Origin: Roseateles sp.
GTDB taxonomy: Bacteria > Pseudomonadota > Gammaproteobacteria > Burkholderiales > Burkholderiaceae_C
Length of the DNA: 64,000 nucleotides
Reading direction: 5' to 3'
Assembly (NCBI RefSeq): GCF_036486225.1
Contig: NZ_DASVNZ010000136.1
Coordinates: 11,124-75,123, forward strand
A model generated the notes under the pieces. That model had not been told where the DNA came from. It ran no database searches and saw only the letters and a program-made list of their open reading frames with translations. This document shows positions 62,770-64,000 of this stretch, piece by piece (positions within the stretch are counted from its first letter, which is position 1; each line of letters starts with the position of its first letter). A program made the position numbers and the translations under genes.

Positions 62770-62857
62770 TTGAAAATCCTCGCTGCGATGCCGCCAGCCA
62801 CACTGCCCCTTGCAGCGCACTTGTCGACAGCGGAAAAACGCGGAGTATAGCTGAAAT

Positions 62858-62888
62858 GAGAGAAGCCGCCCAGAGGCGGCTTCTTTGA
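62858..62888 (-). terminator. terminator hairpin after rho
   Basis: AGAAGCCGCC-CAGA-GGCGGCTTCT, 22 nt downstream of the rho stop. Confidence 0.6.
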
Positions 62889-62909
62889 AGTCCAGAGAGG
62901 GGGCCGAGA

Positions 62910-64000
<1,091 letters not shown>

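Overview
High-GC chromosomal segment (GC judged by eye, not computed). The gene order carA-carB-greA-DUF4149-yhbY(-)-rlmE-ftsH-folP-glmM-pstSCAB-phoU-phoBR-...-rpmE2-rho is typical of Burkholderiales betaproteobacteria; that taxonomic call is inference from synteny only. About 65 protein-coding genes are supported, and most are housekeeping. I saw no rRNA, tRNA, CRISPR array, transposase, integrase or prophage gene. Many long ORFs in the six-frame track are antisense or out-of-frame artefacts of high GC. Several true genes are shorter than their track ORF and were trimmed to starts with a Shine-Dalgarno sequence. Three pockets look less ordinary. (1) At 0.7-4.4 kb, two paralogous secreted proteins with TonB_C-like domains, an M48 peptidase and a YdjM hydrolase form three transcription units, each preceded by the same GCGGAGCATAC(A/G)AG box. 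Two of these units share a near-identical 45-46 nt upstream block. (2) At 15-19.5 kb there is a tight ECF sigma-msrC-cpdB operon. Its divergent intergenic region carries TGTCACG-N16-CGTC, the published ECF41-type promoter motif, aimed at an orphan ClpP-like peptidase gene. Next to it, a near-consensus sigma-28 promoter precedes an orphan 101-aa mini flagellar-rod-like gene. (3) At 33.4-36.4 kb, two envelope/stress-type units each start with an identical 20-nt box followed immediately by a perfect 17-nt palindrome whose sequence differs between the two copies. None of these is proven to be a new system. All family calls rest on motifs I recognise by eye, not on database searches.
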